From: an uncultured Acidobacteriota bacterium
GTDB lineage: Bacteria > Acidobacteriota > Vicinamibacteria > Vicinamibacterales > CAVVIG01
Assembly: GCA_963792785.1 (NCBI GenBank)
Contig: CAWBXO010000002.1
Span: 256,330 to 320,329, forward strand
Length of the DNA stretch: 64,000 bases
Direction of reading: 5' to 3'
A program made the translations under genes and the position numbers. This document shows positions 18,285 through 27,501 of this stretch, piece after piece (the first letter of the stretch is position 1; the number at the start of each line of letters is the position of its first letter). The notes below the pieces were generated by a model, which was not told the DNA's origin, did no database searches, and saw nothing but the letters and a program-made list of their open reading frames with translations.

Positions 18285-20334
18285 CTACCTGGCCGGCACC
18301 AGGGTCTCGCCGCTCCAGAGGACGAAGTCTCCGGTCGACGTGCCCCAGACGATGTTGTCACTGCCCCAGGTGCCCCACACGATGTTGTCCGTGCCCCAGG
18401 TACCCCACACGATGTTGTCGCCAAACGACGCGGTGCCCCAGACGATGTTGTCGCTGCCCCAGGTGCCCCACACGACGTTGTCGCAGTTGAAGCCGCCGCA
18501 GCTGGTGCCCCAGACGATGTTGTCATCGCCCCAGGTGCCCCACACGATGTTGTCGCTGCCCCAAGTGCCCCACACGATGTTGTCTCGCCCCAGTACCAGA
18601 CGATGTCGTCGCCCCAGGTGCCCCACACGATGTTGTCGCGTGCCCCAGGTGCCCCACACGATGTTGTCGCACCCGAAGCCGCAGGTCGTGCCCCAGACGA
18701 TGTTGTCGCCGCCGAAGCCCTGCGCCACGCCCCACGTGGTCGAGAGATCCCACGCATTGGCGTTCGGGTCGAGCGTCCCGCCGGCGATCATCCGGTTGCC
18801 CCACAGCAGGTGGCGGCTCCAGCTCGGATCGAGCGGCAGCGTCGCGCCCGGCTCCGGGTCTCGCGTAGAAGGCGGCGAGCTGCACCGCGCCGAGCGTGTT
18901 CAGGAAGCCGGCGCCTTCGCGCAGCGCCGAGTACTCGCTGTGCGACTCGGCCGTGTACTGGAGAATCCCCTTCACCATGTTCGGCGTGAGCGCGGGGTTC
19001 GCCTGCATCATCAGCGCGACCGTGCCGGCCACGACCGGCGCCGCCATGCTCGTGCCGCTCAGCGTGAGGTACGGCTTCGTCGAGTCGAGCGATGAGCGTC
19101 CCGCTCAGCAGCGACGGCCGGGTTCGCCGATGTTGACGAGCGTGCTGCCGGGCGCCGCCAGCGACACCGTGCCGGCGCCGGGCGCCACCAGGTCGGGCTT
19201 GGCCGCGTAGTCGATGTAGGTCGGGCCGCTCGAGCTGAAGCTCGCCATCTGATCGTCGGCACGGTCCGTCGTGCCCATCGTGGACGAGGCGCCCACGGTC
19301 AGCACCCACGGCGCGTTGCCGGGCGCCGTGATCCCGCCCCACTGCAGCACGCCGTCGTTGTTCTTGCCGTGATTGCCCGCGGCCACGACGACGACGATGC
19401 CGGCGTCGGTGAGGCGCTTGGCGGCCAGCGTGAGCGGGTCGGTGAAGTAGGACTCGAGAATCGGCGCGCCGACCGACATGTTGACGACGCGCACGTTGTA
19501 CTGGGCGCCGTTCGTGAGCAGCCAGTCCATCGCCGCGATGATGTTGCTGATCGTGCCGGCGCCGTTCGCGTCCAGCACCTTCAGCGACACGAGCGAGGCG
19601 TCGGGCGCCACGCCGGCCTTCAGGCCGTCCGAGTCGTAGCCGTTGCCGAGGATGATGCCGGCGACGTGCGTGCCGTGGCCGTTGTCGTCGTAGGGCAGCG
19701 TCTGTCCGTTCACGAAGTCGACGAACTTCGACACGCGCTGGTCGCCGTACGGATAGGACGTCGAGCCGCCGTTGGGCCGCAGGTCGTCGTGCCAGGTGAC
19801 GCCCGAGTCGATCACCGCGACGCCGACGCCGGCGCCGGTGTAGCCGTACTGCTGCCGGACGACGTCGGCGCCGATCGTGACCCCCGTCCGGTAGTTGGAG
19901 GCCGTCGATGGGACGGTCGTCGTGAATACGGAAGACGTCGGGCAGCGCGGCCAGTTTGTCGACGAGCTTGTTGGGCAGCTCGAGGACCTGACCGTTCAGA
20001 ATTTCAGCTTGCCGCCGCGCGCGTACTTCCGGAATTCGGCCGGGACACTGGCGCCGGGCTGCAGCGTGACGATCACGCGGGTCGTGCCGTTCGGCTTCAG
20101 CTTCGCCTTCCTGGCAACTTCGGGATCCACCCGATACTGGCGCACGTTCGAGTTCGGCGCGCCGGACCGAACGGTCTTGGGCGCCTGCTTCGCGCCGGCG
20201 GCGGCCGCGAGGGGCGCCGCGCCGAACACGGCGAGCAGGCCCGCAAGGGCCAGAGACGTTGGACGGAAGCCCCAGACAGTCTTGCGCCGGGGCGAGGTGG
20301 TCGGGTGGATGAGCTTAATCACGGCCTGCCTCAT
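18285..20334 (-). pseudogene. Secreted subtilisin-like S8 serine peptidase (I9 propeptide + S8 core + C-terminal DNIVWG-repeat domain), reading frame interrupted several times
   Basis: The signal/propeptide ORF (19996..20376) ends at a TGA. The catalytic Asp is in 'VAVIDSGV', His in 'HGTHVAG', Asn in 'AAGNHG' and Ser in 'LSGTSMAAPVVAG'. These lie on ORFs 19105..19815 and 18523..19047, separated by an in-frame TGA at 19105-19107. A frame change near 18830 leads into the repeat-domain ORF 18285..18791. Confidence 0.75.
18309..18707 (-). repeat. Coding tandem repeat, basic unit about 27 nt (WG[TS]WG[xD]DNIV), about 13 copies
   Basis: The motif 'gtgccccacacgatgttgtc' plus 'ccccaggt' recurs on the + strand. 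Translation gives DNIVWGT x12-13, with occasional Cys-containing insertions (TCGFGC, SCGGFNC). Confidence 0.8.
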
Positions 20335-20645
20335 CGCAAGTGGTGAGCCGTACTTCAGACCGCTCGACGAAATCACATAACCCCTTATCTGACAGTCAGT
20401 TGATGGTACTTACCGGCTCTTGATGAGGTCTAGCGATGTTCAGTAATACGACATTATGGACGTTAATGGACCATTAAACGTCCCGTTATCGCTAATATTT
20501 AGGTCCATAACCGACAATGCGTCTCGTTATGGAACACAAACACTGGCAATTGGACACGAGACTTCGGCTTTTCCCGCTTTCAGGCAATCGGTGCCGGCGG
20601 TTCGGCCGGCGACTTCGGCAGTGTTACCATCCCCGGGAAAATCCC

Positions 20646-22016
20646 ATGAACCCCTTGGACCTGGAGGAGCTCGCGACTTCCGTCACCGGCGGAGTGCGCC
20701 TGCCAGCGGACGATGAATACGACACAGCCCGAGCCATCTGGAACACCCGGTTCAATCGAAAGCCCGACGCCATTGCCCGGTGCGCCAAGCCGGAGGACGT
20801 GAAGGCCTCGATCGACTTCGCCCGCCGCAACGGCCTTCTGCTGTCCGTCAAGGGCGGAGGCCACGCGTACGCCGCCAACACCGTGGGTGACGGCGGCCTC
20901 CTGATCGATCTGTCGCTCATGCACGGCGTGCGCATCGATGCCGGCACGCGGACCGCGCACGTCGGAGCCGGCGCCACCTGGGGCGGGTTCGACCAGACCG
21001 CTCAGCAATCCGGCCTGGCGGCGCCCGGGCCGACGGTGTCCACCGTCGGCGTTGCGGGTTCAACCCTTGGCGGAGGGTCCGGGTGGCTCTCGCGGAAGTT
21101 CGGCCTGGCGCTCGACAACCTCGCCTCGGTCGAGGTCGTCACCGCCGACGGCCGAATCCTCCGCGCCAGCGAGAAGGAACACCCGGATCTCTTCTGGGCG
21201 CTTCGCGGCGGCGGGGGTAATTTCGGCGTGGCCACCTCGTTCGAGTTCCGCCTGCACCGCGCGGGTCCGGACGTCTTCGCCGGACAGATCGTCTACCCCT
21301 TCGAACGCGTGCGGGACGCGCTTCGTCTGTATCGCGACGTCATGGCCACGGCGCCCGACGAACTCCAGTGCTACCCGTTCATCATTCGAATCCCGCCCGT
21401 GGACGTCTTCCCGAAGGAGTTTCACGGCCAGCTGGCGGTCGACTTCGTAGTGATGCACATCGGCGAAGACGGAGAGCGTGCCGTGAAGCCGTTCCTCGAC
21501 TTCGGCACCCCCATCCTGGCCGCCGTCGGGACCCAGCGCTATACAGACGTGCAGCAGAGCTTCGACGCGGGCCTCCCCGCGGGTCGGCGCTACTCGTCGA
21601 GGTCCCACGACCTGGGGGATCTTTCCGACGGCGTCATCGAGGCTCTTGCGAGCGGAATCGGCTCGATGCCTGGAGAGTTCACGGTCGTCTACCTGGCGTG
21701 CGGCGGCGGGGCGATGTCGCAGGTGGCTCCGGACGCGACGGCGTACTTCCCTCGCCTGGCTCCCTTCAGCGTCCACATCCTCGCGGGCTGGACGGACGCG
21801 AGCCGGGACGCCGAGATCACGGGATGGGCTCGGGCGCTGCAGCAGGCGCTGGCGCCCTATGCCATGGGAAGCGTCTACGTGAATCTGCTGGATGCCGACG
21901 AGGGCGATCGAGTCCGCGCCGCGTATGGCGGGAACTACGAGCGACTCGCCGCGCTGAAGAGAACGTGGGATCCGGAGAACCTGTTCCGGATGAACCACAA
22001 CATTCTCCCCGCGTAG
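20646..22016 (+). CDS. FAD-linked oxidase (FAD_binding_4 + C-terminal BBE domain)
   Basis: 'PDAIARCAKPEDVKASIDFARRNGLLLSVKGGGHAY', 'GVAGSTLGGGSGWLSRKFG', 'DLFWALRGGGGNFGV', and the BBE tail 'YERLAALKRTWDPENLFRMNHNI'. Start at ATG 20646 ('MNPLDLEEL'). Confidence 0.85.
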   Translation: MNPLDLEELATSVTGGVRLPADDEYDTARAIWNTRFNRKPDAIARCAKPEDVKASIDFARRNGLLLSVKGGGHAYAANTVGDGGLLIDLSLMHGVRIDAGTRTAHVGAGATWGGFDQTAQQSGLAAPGPTVSTVGVAGSTLGGGSGWLSRKFGLALDNLASVEVVTADGRILRASEKEHPDLFWALRGGGGNFGVATSFEFRLHRAGPDVFAGQIVYPFERVRDALRLYRDVMATAPDELQCYPFIIRIPPVDVFPKEFHGQLAVDFVVMHIGEDGERAVKPFLDFGTPILAAVGTQRYTDVQQSFDAGLPAGRRYSSRSHDLGDLSDGVIEALASGIGSMPGEFTVVYLACGGGAMSQVAPDATAYFPRLAPFSVHILAGWTDASRDAEITGWARALQQALAPYAMGSVYVNLLDADEGDRVRAAYGGNYERLAALKRTWDPENLFRMNHNILPA

Positions 22017-22072
22017 CCGCCTCGCGCGGCGGGGAGGCCGCGGGCGCTCGCCACGGGTTTCCACCCGGTCGT

Positions 22073-23176
22073 ATGATGGGAGCCATGGACGGCGCGTACG
22101 TGTTCGCCGAGCGGCCCCAGCGCGTGTACTGGGAAATCACCCGCGCGTGCGACCTCGCCTGCCGGCACTGCCGCGCCGAGGCGGCGCCCGAGCCCGACCC
22201 GGACGAGCTGACGACGGCGGAAGGGCGACGCCTGCTCGAGCGCATGGCGGCGTTCGGCGAGCCGCTTCCGCACGTCGTCTTCACGGGCGGTGATCCGTTG
22301 AAGCGAGCGGATCTCTTCACCCTGATCGCCCAGGCGCGCGACCTCGGTCTCCACGTCTCGGTGGCGCCGAGCGCCACGCCGCTGCTCACGGCCGGCGCGC
22401 TGCGGGCGCTTCACACGGCTGGCGTCCAAGCCATCTCGCTCAGTCTCGACGGATCGACGGCCGCCACCCACGACGCGATTCGGGGGATTCCCGGCACCTA
22501 CGAACGGACGCTCGAGGCCGCCCGCGTGGCGCGCGAGGTGGACCTGCCGTTCCAGGTGAACACGCTCGTCTGCGCGGAGACGCTCGACGACCTGCCCGCC
22601 ATCCACGAGCGGGTCATCGCGAGCGGGGCCGCACGATGGAGCCTGTTCTTTCTCGTGTCCGTCGGCCGCGGACAGGTGCTGCAGCCGATCTCGGCTGAAG
22701 CCACCGAGCGGTTGCTTCAGTGGATCGCCGGGCTCTCGCGATCGGCGGGACGCGGCGGCCTGGTCGTGACGACCACCGAGGCGCCCCATCTGCGGCGCGT
22801 CGTCAGCGAACAGCGGCGGGCGGTGCCCGCGGGGTCACGGCCCGAGCGGCCGGCCGGCGCACCGGTCCATTCCGCCGCCGGCATTCGCGACGGCAACGGC
22901 ATCGTCTTCATCTCGCACACGGGCGAGATCTGCCCGTCGGGATTTCTGGAGCTTTCCAGCGGCAACGTGCGGCGCGACGACCTCGTCGAGGTCTACCAGG
23001 CCTCGCCGCTCTTCCAGCAACTGCGCGATCCCGGCGCGTTCGGCGGACGATGCGGCCGCTGCGAATATCGCTGGGTCTGCGGCGGATCGCGGGCGCGGGC
23101 GTACTCGGTGGCAGGGGACCCGCTCGCCGAGGATCCGCTGTGCATGCACGAACCGCCGCCGGGTTTTTCAAACTGA
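22073..23176 (+). CDS. Radical SAM / SPASM-domain enzyme (NirJ/AhbD-like; resembles the TIGR04053-type family)
   Basis: CX3CX2C cluster in 'EITRACDLACRHCRA'. SPASM region 'GEICPSGFL...GRCGRCEYRWVCGGSRARAY'. The subfamily assignment is from memory and is not verified. Confidence 0.85.
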   Translation: MMGAMDGAYVFAERPQRVYWEITRACDLACRHCRAEAAPEPDPDELTTAEGRRLLERMAAFGEPLPHVVFTGGDPLKRADLFTLIAQARDLGLHVSVAPSATPLLTAGALRALHTAGVQAISLSLDGSTAATHDAIRGIPGTYERTLEAARVAREVDLPFQVNTLVCAETLDDLPAIHERVIASGAARWSLFFLVSVGRGQVLQPISAEATERLLQWIAGLSRSAGRGGLVVTTTEAPHLRRVVSEQRRAVPAGSRPERPAGAPVHSAAGIRDGNGIVFISHTGEICPSGFLELSSGNVRRDDLVEVYQASPLFQQLRDPGAFGGRCGRCEYRWVCGGSRARAYSVAGDPLAEDPLCMHEPPPGFSN

Positions 23177-23199
23177 TCGGCGGCTCGTACAATCACCGG

Positions 23200-24054
23200 G
23201 TGGCTGCCTGTCGTCGACTCACGCTCGGGCTGCTGACGGGCGTCCTTGTCGCCGCGGCGGCGGCCGCCGCGGATCGGCTCCCTCCCGTGCTGCTTTCCCG
23301 CCAGATCATGGCCCAGGCGCAGCTGCAGGTCGGCGACACGGTCGCGTTCTCGACCGAGCGGGCTGGCGCGCGCGTGATGCGGTTCCGCGTCGCGGGCGTG
23401 TACGAGCCGACGCCGGACCCGATGAAGTTCAACGTCCCGCGGCACGAGGCGCGGTTCCATCTTCCGGATCTCATGGCCCTGACGGCTGGCGATCCCGCCG
23501 ACCCGCAGGCCGCCGAGTCGGTCACCACGATCAACGTGAAACTGAACGACGCGTCCGCCGCGACGGGCTTCGCCGCGGACGTGGCGGCGCGAGGCGCCGG
23601 CCTGGTGGCGCGCGCGACCGTGAGCCCGAACGCGGGCAACCCGTTCACGGTGCTCGAACGGTTCCACCTCGCCATCGCCGTGGTCACCGTCGCCGGCAGC
23701 ACGGCCTTCCTCCTGGCCCTGATGGTGATTCGCGCCGAGGAGCGACGCGAGATCGTCGGCATGCTGCGGCTCATCGGGGTCTCGCGGCGCTCGATCGTCC
23801 TCGAGGTCCTGCTCGAGGGCCTGGTCGTCGCCGTCGGTGGCGCGATCCTCGGGGTGGCGATCGCCGCCCTCGCGCAGTACGGCATCAACCTGTTCTTCCA
23901 GGTCCGCTACGACACCACGCTCGTGTTCGTCCGCGTCACGCCGGCGATCGCGCTGCGCTGCCTGGCGGTCGCCCTGCCGATCGGCATCGTGACCGGCGCC
24001 GCCGCCGCGTGGATGCTGGTGCGGCAGCCCCCGGCCGGGCTGGTGCGGCGATGA
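23200..24054 (+). CDS. FtsX/MacB-type ABC transporter permease (4-TM type)
   Basis: N-terminal TM, about 170-aa periplasmic domain, then three TMs with 'RAEERREIVGMLRLIGVSRRSIVLEVLLEGLVVAVGGAILGVAIA'. I chose the GTG start at 23200. The stop overlaps the next start. Confidence 0.7.
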   Translation: MAACRRLTLGLLTGVLVAAAAAAADRLPPVLLSRQIMAQAQLQVGDTVAFSTERAGARVMRFRVAGVYEPTPDPMKFNVPRHEARFHLPDLMALTAGDPADPQAAESVTTINVKLNDASAATGFAADVAARGAGLVARATVSPNAGNPFTVLERFHLAIAVVTVAGSTAFLLALMVIRAEERREIVGMLRLIGVSRRSIVLEVLLEGLVVAVGGAILGVAIAALAQYGINLFFQVRYDTTLVFVRVTPAIALRCLAVALPIGIVTGAAAAWMLVRQPPAGLVRR

Positions 24055-25256
24055 CCGGCTTCGGGCTGGCCCGCCGAACCGTCGCATGCCATCGGGCACG
24101 CACGGCGCTGGCGATTGTCGGCGTCGCGGTGATCGGCGCGCTCAACTTCGACATGCTGCTGCTGTCGCGCGGGCTGGTGCTGTCGTTCGCGGACATGATC
24201 GGCAGCACCGGTTTCGACGTGCGCGTGGCCGCCGGAAGCGGCCTCGCCGCGCTCCGCCAGCCGATCGACGACGCCGCCCGCCTGGTGGCCGAGATTCGCC
24301 AGCTCCCCGAGGTCGCGGACGCCGCGATGGTGCAGAGCGACGAGGGCGCGGTCGTCGTGCCCGACCAGCGCAATCTGGGTGTCACGGTCGTGGGCGCCAG
24401 CCCCTCGTCGATCCCGCCCGGCTGGACGTTGACCGCCGGCCGGAACTTCACGGCCGCCGAGTCGGCTGCGACACCGCCGTTCATCGTCAGCCGGCAGCTC
24501 GCGTCGATGTTGCAGCTCGGGCCGGGCGCGGCCCTTCGGCTGCGGGTTGGAAGCCGGGCGGCCGGATCGGTCCTCCCGGCCGTCGCCGGGCGCGTGGTCG
24601 GCATCGCCGACTTCACCTTCGAGACCGCCGGTGAGCTGACGGTGGCGACCACGGTCGAGGGATTCCGGACCGTTCACGGCGGGCAGTCGGCCGACAGCGC
24701 GGACGTCGTACTGGTGGCGTCGCGAGCCACGGCGGGCACGGACGCCGCCGTGGCGGCGATCGCACGACTCCGGCCGGATCTTCGCGTGTACTCGAACGCC
24801 GATCTCGTCCGGGAGTTCAACGAGAACGGGTTCGCGTATTTTCGCCAGATCTCGATCCTGCTGTCCGTGACGACCGCGCTGTTCACGTTCCTGCTGGTGG
24901 CGGTGCTGCTGATCGTGTCGGCGAACCAGCGGCTGGGAGAAATCGCGGCGCTGCGGGCCATCGGCATCGCGCGGCGGCGCGTCGCGGCCATGCTGCTCTG
25001 GGAATCCGCGCTGCTCGTCGGCGCCGGAGGTGTCCTGGCGCTTCCCCTCGGGGGCGCGCTGGCGGTCGTGCTCGACCAGATCCTGCGCGGCATGCCGGGG
25101 CTGCCCGAGCGGCTGCACTTCTTCGTGTTCGAGCCGCGGGCCATCGTCCTGCAGGCCGTCCTGCTCGGCGCCACGGCGGTCGCTGCCGCCATCTATCCGG
25201 TACGTCTGGCCATGACGCTCCCCATCGCGCCGACGCTTCGGCGCGAAACGGTGTAA
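24051..25256 (+). CDS. FtsX/MacB-type ABC transporter permease, second subunit
   Basis: 'MTGFGLARRTVACHRARTALAIVGVAVIGAL' forms TM1, followed by a periplasmic domain. The FtsX region has 'NQRLGEIAALRAIGIARRRVAAMLLWESALLVGAGGVLALPLG'. ATGA overlap with the upstream gene. Confidence 0.75.
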   Translation: MTGFGLARRTVACHRARTALAIVGVAVIGALNFDMLLLSRGLVLSFADMIGSTGFDVRVAAGSGLAALRQPIDDAARLVAEIRQLPEVADAAMVQSDEGAVVVPDQRNLGVTVVGASPSSIPPGWTLTAGRNFTAAESAATPPFIVSRQLASMLQLGPGAALRLRVGSRAAGSVLPAVAGRVVGIADFTFETAGELTVATTVEGFRTVHGGQSADSADVVLVASRATAGTDAAVAAIARLRPDLRVYSNADLVREFNENGFAYFRQISILLSVTTALFTFLLVAVLLIVSANQRLGEIAALRAIGIARRRVAAMLLWESALLVGAGGVLALPLGGALAVVLDQILRGMPGLPERLHFFVFEPRAIVLQAVLLGATAVAAAIYPVRLAMTLPIAPTLRRETV

Positions 25257-25258
25257 CG

Positions 25259-25927
25259 ATGATCATCGACGCGCGTGGACTGCGCCGTGTCTTTCCGATG
25301 GCGGCGGGCGCCGTGGAAGCGGTGCGGGACGTCACGATCCGCGTGGCGGCGGGAGAGTACGTCGCGATCTCGGGGCCGTCGGGATGCGGCAAGTCCACGC
25401 TGCTCCAGTTGCTCGGATGCGTGGACGTCCCGACCTCCGGCTCCCTCTCCTTCGAGGGACGCGAGGTGGGAGGCCTCGGTGAAGACGAACGAAGCCGCCT
25501 TCGCCTCCGCCGTCTCGGCTTCGTGTTCCAGCGGTTCTTCCTGCTGCCGATGCTGACGGCCTGGGAGAACATCGAGCTGCCGCAGGCCGAGGCCGGGTCG
25601 CCGACGGCCGTCCGCCGTGGCCGGACGCGCGAGCTGCTGGAGTACGTGGGGCTTGCCGGCCGCGCGGATCACCTGCCGTCGCAGCTCTCAGGCGGCGAGA
25701 TGCAGCGCGTCGCGATCGCGCGGGCGCTCGCCAACCGGCCGGCGCTCCTGCTCGCGGACGAGCCGACCGGGGAGCTCGACGAACGCACCGGCCACCATGT
25801 CGCCGACCTCTTCGACCGCGTCAACGCCGACGGCACCGCCATCGTGCTCGTGACCCACAACGCCAGCCTGGCCGCGCGCGCCCGCGTGCGCCTCGCGATG
25901 CGCAACGGTGGGATCGAGGCCGCATGA
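25259..25927 (+). CDS. ABC transporter ATP-binding protein (MacB/LolD-like)
   Basis: Walker A 'GPSGCGKST', Q-loop, signature 'LSGGEMQRVAIARAL', Walker B 'LLLADEPTGELD', H-loop 'VLVTHN'. Confidence 0.9.
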   Translation: MIIDARGLRRVFPMAAGAVEAVRDVTIRVAAGEYVAISGPSGCGKSTLLQLLGCVDVPTSGSLSFEGREVGGLGEDERSRLRLRRLGFVFQRFFLLPMLTAWENIELPQAEAGSPTAVRRGRTRELLEYVGLAGRADHLPSQLSGGEMQRVAIARALANRPALLLADEPTGELDERTGHHVADLFDRVNADGTAIVLVTHNASLAARARVRLAMRNGGIEAA

Positions 25928-27345
25928 TCCTCCGCCTGGCGGTCCGATCGCTCGCGATGCGCCCGTGGCGAACGCTGGTCCTCTCGCTCGGCTTCGGGCT
26001 CGGCATCGGCGTCATGGCCATTCTGCTCGGCGTCGGCGAAGTGATTCTCGAGCAGTCGCGATCCCCCGCGCTCCAGGGTGGCGGCGACGTCGTGATCGGC
26101 GGCCTCGCGGGCGAGGTCGAGAACGCGCGGTTCGTGCTGTCCGGCGTGCTCGGCGCCGGCGCGCTGCGCTCGAACATCGCGGCGGCCGCCCCGTCCAGGC
26201 GGACCACCCTGTACCTGATCGCGAACGCGGGGACCTGGCCCGTCGTCGCGCGCGGCGGCGTGCCCAGTCTCGAGCGCGCTGTCGGCGATCCGGAGACGTC
26301 GGCGGTGGCGGGCTGGACCGACACGCCGGCGGATCGGGCATGGGCCCATCCGGACCTGGCGAGCGTCTTGCGGACCATGGATCGGTTCCATCCGGAACCC
26401 GACGTGCCCGAGTTTGCCGACTCGTGGGCCGAGTGGCTCTACTTCAACGGCCGCACCGCGGACGGCGAGACGCGGTTCTACCTGACGTTCCTCGTCGGAC
26501 CGAAGTCGGCGGACGAGACGCGCGCGGCGGGCGTGCGGCTTCAGCTGGAGCGCGGCGGACGCACGCGAAGCTATTCGGCATCGGCGGACGTGGACGAACG
26601 GCAGATCCTGGACGAGGCGCCCGACCTGGAGATCGGCGAGAATCGCGTGCGCCTCGACGAGACGCGGTATCACATCACGCTGCGGCTGCAATCCGAGGAT
26701 GACCGCGACGTGTGGGCGACGGGCGCCCTCGTCCTGGACGCCGCCCCGGACGGCGTCCTCACGTCGTTCCCGCCCGCGGTGCTCCACGGCGCGCGAGGCT
26801 GGGAATCGGGGTACGTCGTGCCGGCCTTGTCGGGCACCGTCCGGGGCACGCTCGACGTGGGCGGCGCCCCGGTCGTCCTGGACGGGATGACCGGCTATCA
26901 CGATCACAACTGGGGTTTCTGGCGGGACGTGCGGTGGCAATGGGGACAGGTGGCGCACGATGGCCTGTCGATTGTCTATGGCCGCGTCTTTCCTCCGGCG
27001 AGCGTCGCGGATGCCTCCCGCGTTCCGGGATTCCTCGGTGTGCTCGGCGGCGAAGGCGCGCTTGGCGTCGCGACGAACGTGACGATCGACGAGCAGGATG
27101 CCGACGGCGATCCGCATGAGGTGACCGTCCGCGCGCGCGGCCGGCGGCTCGACCTCCAGCTCCACCTGTCGGTCGACCGCACCGTGCGGACCGCCCGCGG
27201 ACCCGTGGCCTCTCGCGGGGACCAGAACGCGATCTTCCTGCAGTTGGGCGGCGTGTTCGAGGTGGCCGGCACGGTGGGCGACCGGGCGATCGACTTCACC
27301 GCCCGCGGCGCGGCCGAAACGTTCCGCCGAAGCCCGTCGCCATGA
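25924..27345 (+). CDS. Membrane-anchored CrtC/AttH-like (lipocalin-like beta-barrel) protein; N-terminus mimics MacB/FtsX TM1
   Basis: 'MILRLAVRSLAMRPWRTLVLSLGFGLGIGVMAILLG' looks like a permease TM1, but no FtsX C-terminal TMs follow. 'WAEWLYFNGRTADGETRFYLTFLVG' and 'GYHDHNWGFW' resemble AttH/CrtC family motifs (from memory). Its start overlaps the ATPase stop. Confidence 0.6.
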   Translation: MILRLAVRSLAMRPWRTLVLSLGFGLGIGVMAILLGVGEVILEQSRSPALQGGGDVVIGGLAGEVENARFVLSGVLGAGALRSNIAAAAPSRRTTLYLIANAGTWPVVARGGVPSLERAVGDPETSAVAGWTDTPADRAWAHPDLASVLRTMDRFHPEPDVPEFADSWAEWLYFNGRTADGETRFYLTFLVGPKSADETRAAGVRLQLERGGRTRSYSASADVDERQILDEAPDLEIGENRVRLDETRYHITLRLQSEDDRDVWATGALVLDAAPDGVLTSFPPAVLHGARGWESGYVVPALSGTVRGTLDVGGAPVVLDGMTGYHDHNWGFWRDVRWQWGQVAHDGLSIVYGRVFPPASVADASRVPGFLGVLGGEGALGVATNVTIDEQDADGDPHEVTVRARGRRLDLQLHLSVDRTVRTARGPVASRGDQNAIFLQLGGVFEVAGTVGDRAIDFTARGAAETFRRSPSP

Positions 27346-27501
27346 CGTCCCTACCAGATCGTCTGACGCCCGTCGCTCGACCTCGCTCAGCAGGAAGAAG
27401 ATCATCAACAGACCGGTGCGGTTCTTTTCAGGCCTGACCGTGCCCGAAGTCGCCGAACATCTCGGCTCAGACGCGATCTCAGCCAGTGATACCATCCCCC
27501 G

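Noticed and set aside
18309-18707. Regular about 27-nt repeats as a possible CRISPR array
   Set aside because: The repeats are contiguous with no unique spacers. They are in-frame coding units (DNIVWGTWG) of the peptidase C-terminus. No cas genes are present.
19105-19998. In-frame TGA codons in the S8 peptidase (19105-19107, 19996-19998) as possible selenocysteine codons
   Set aside because: Neither position corresponds to a redox Cys. At both sites a shifted frame restores homologous propeptide or protease sequence, which indicates indels. I saw no SECIS-like hairpin downstream.
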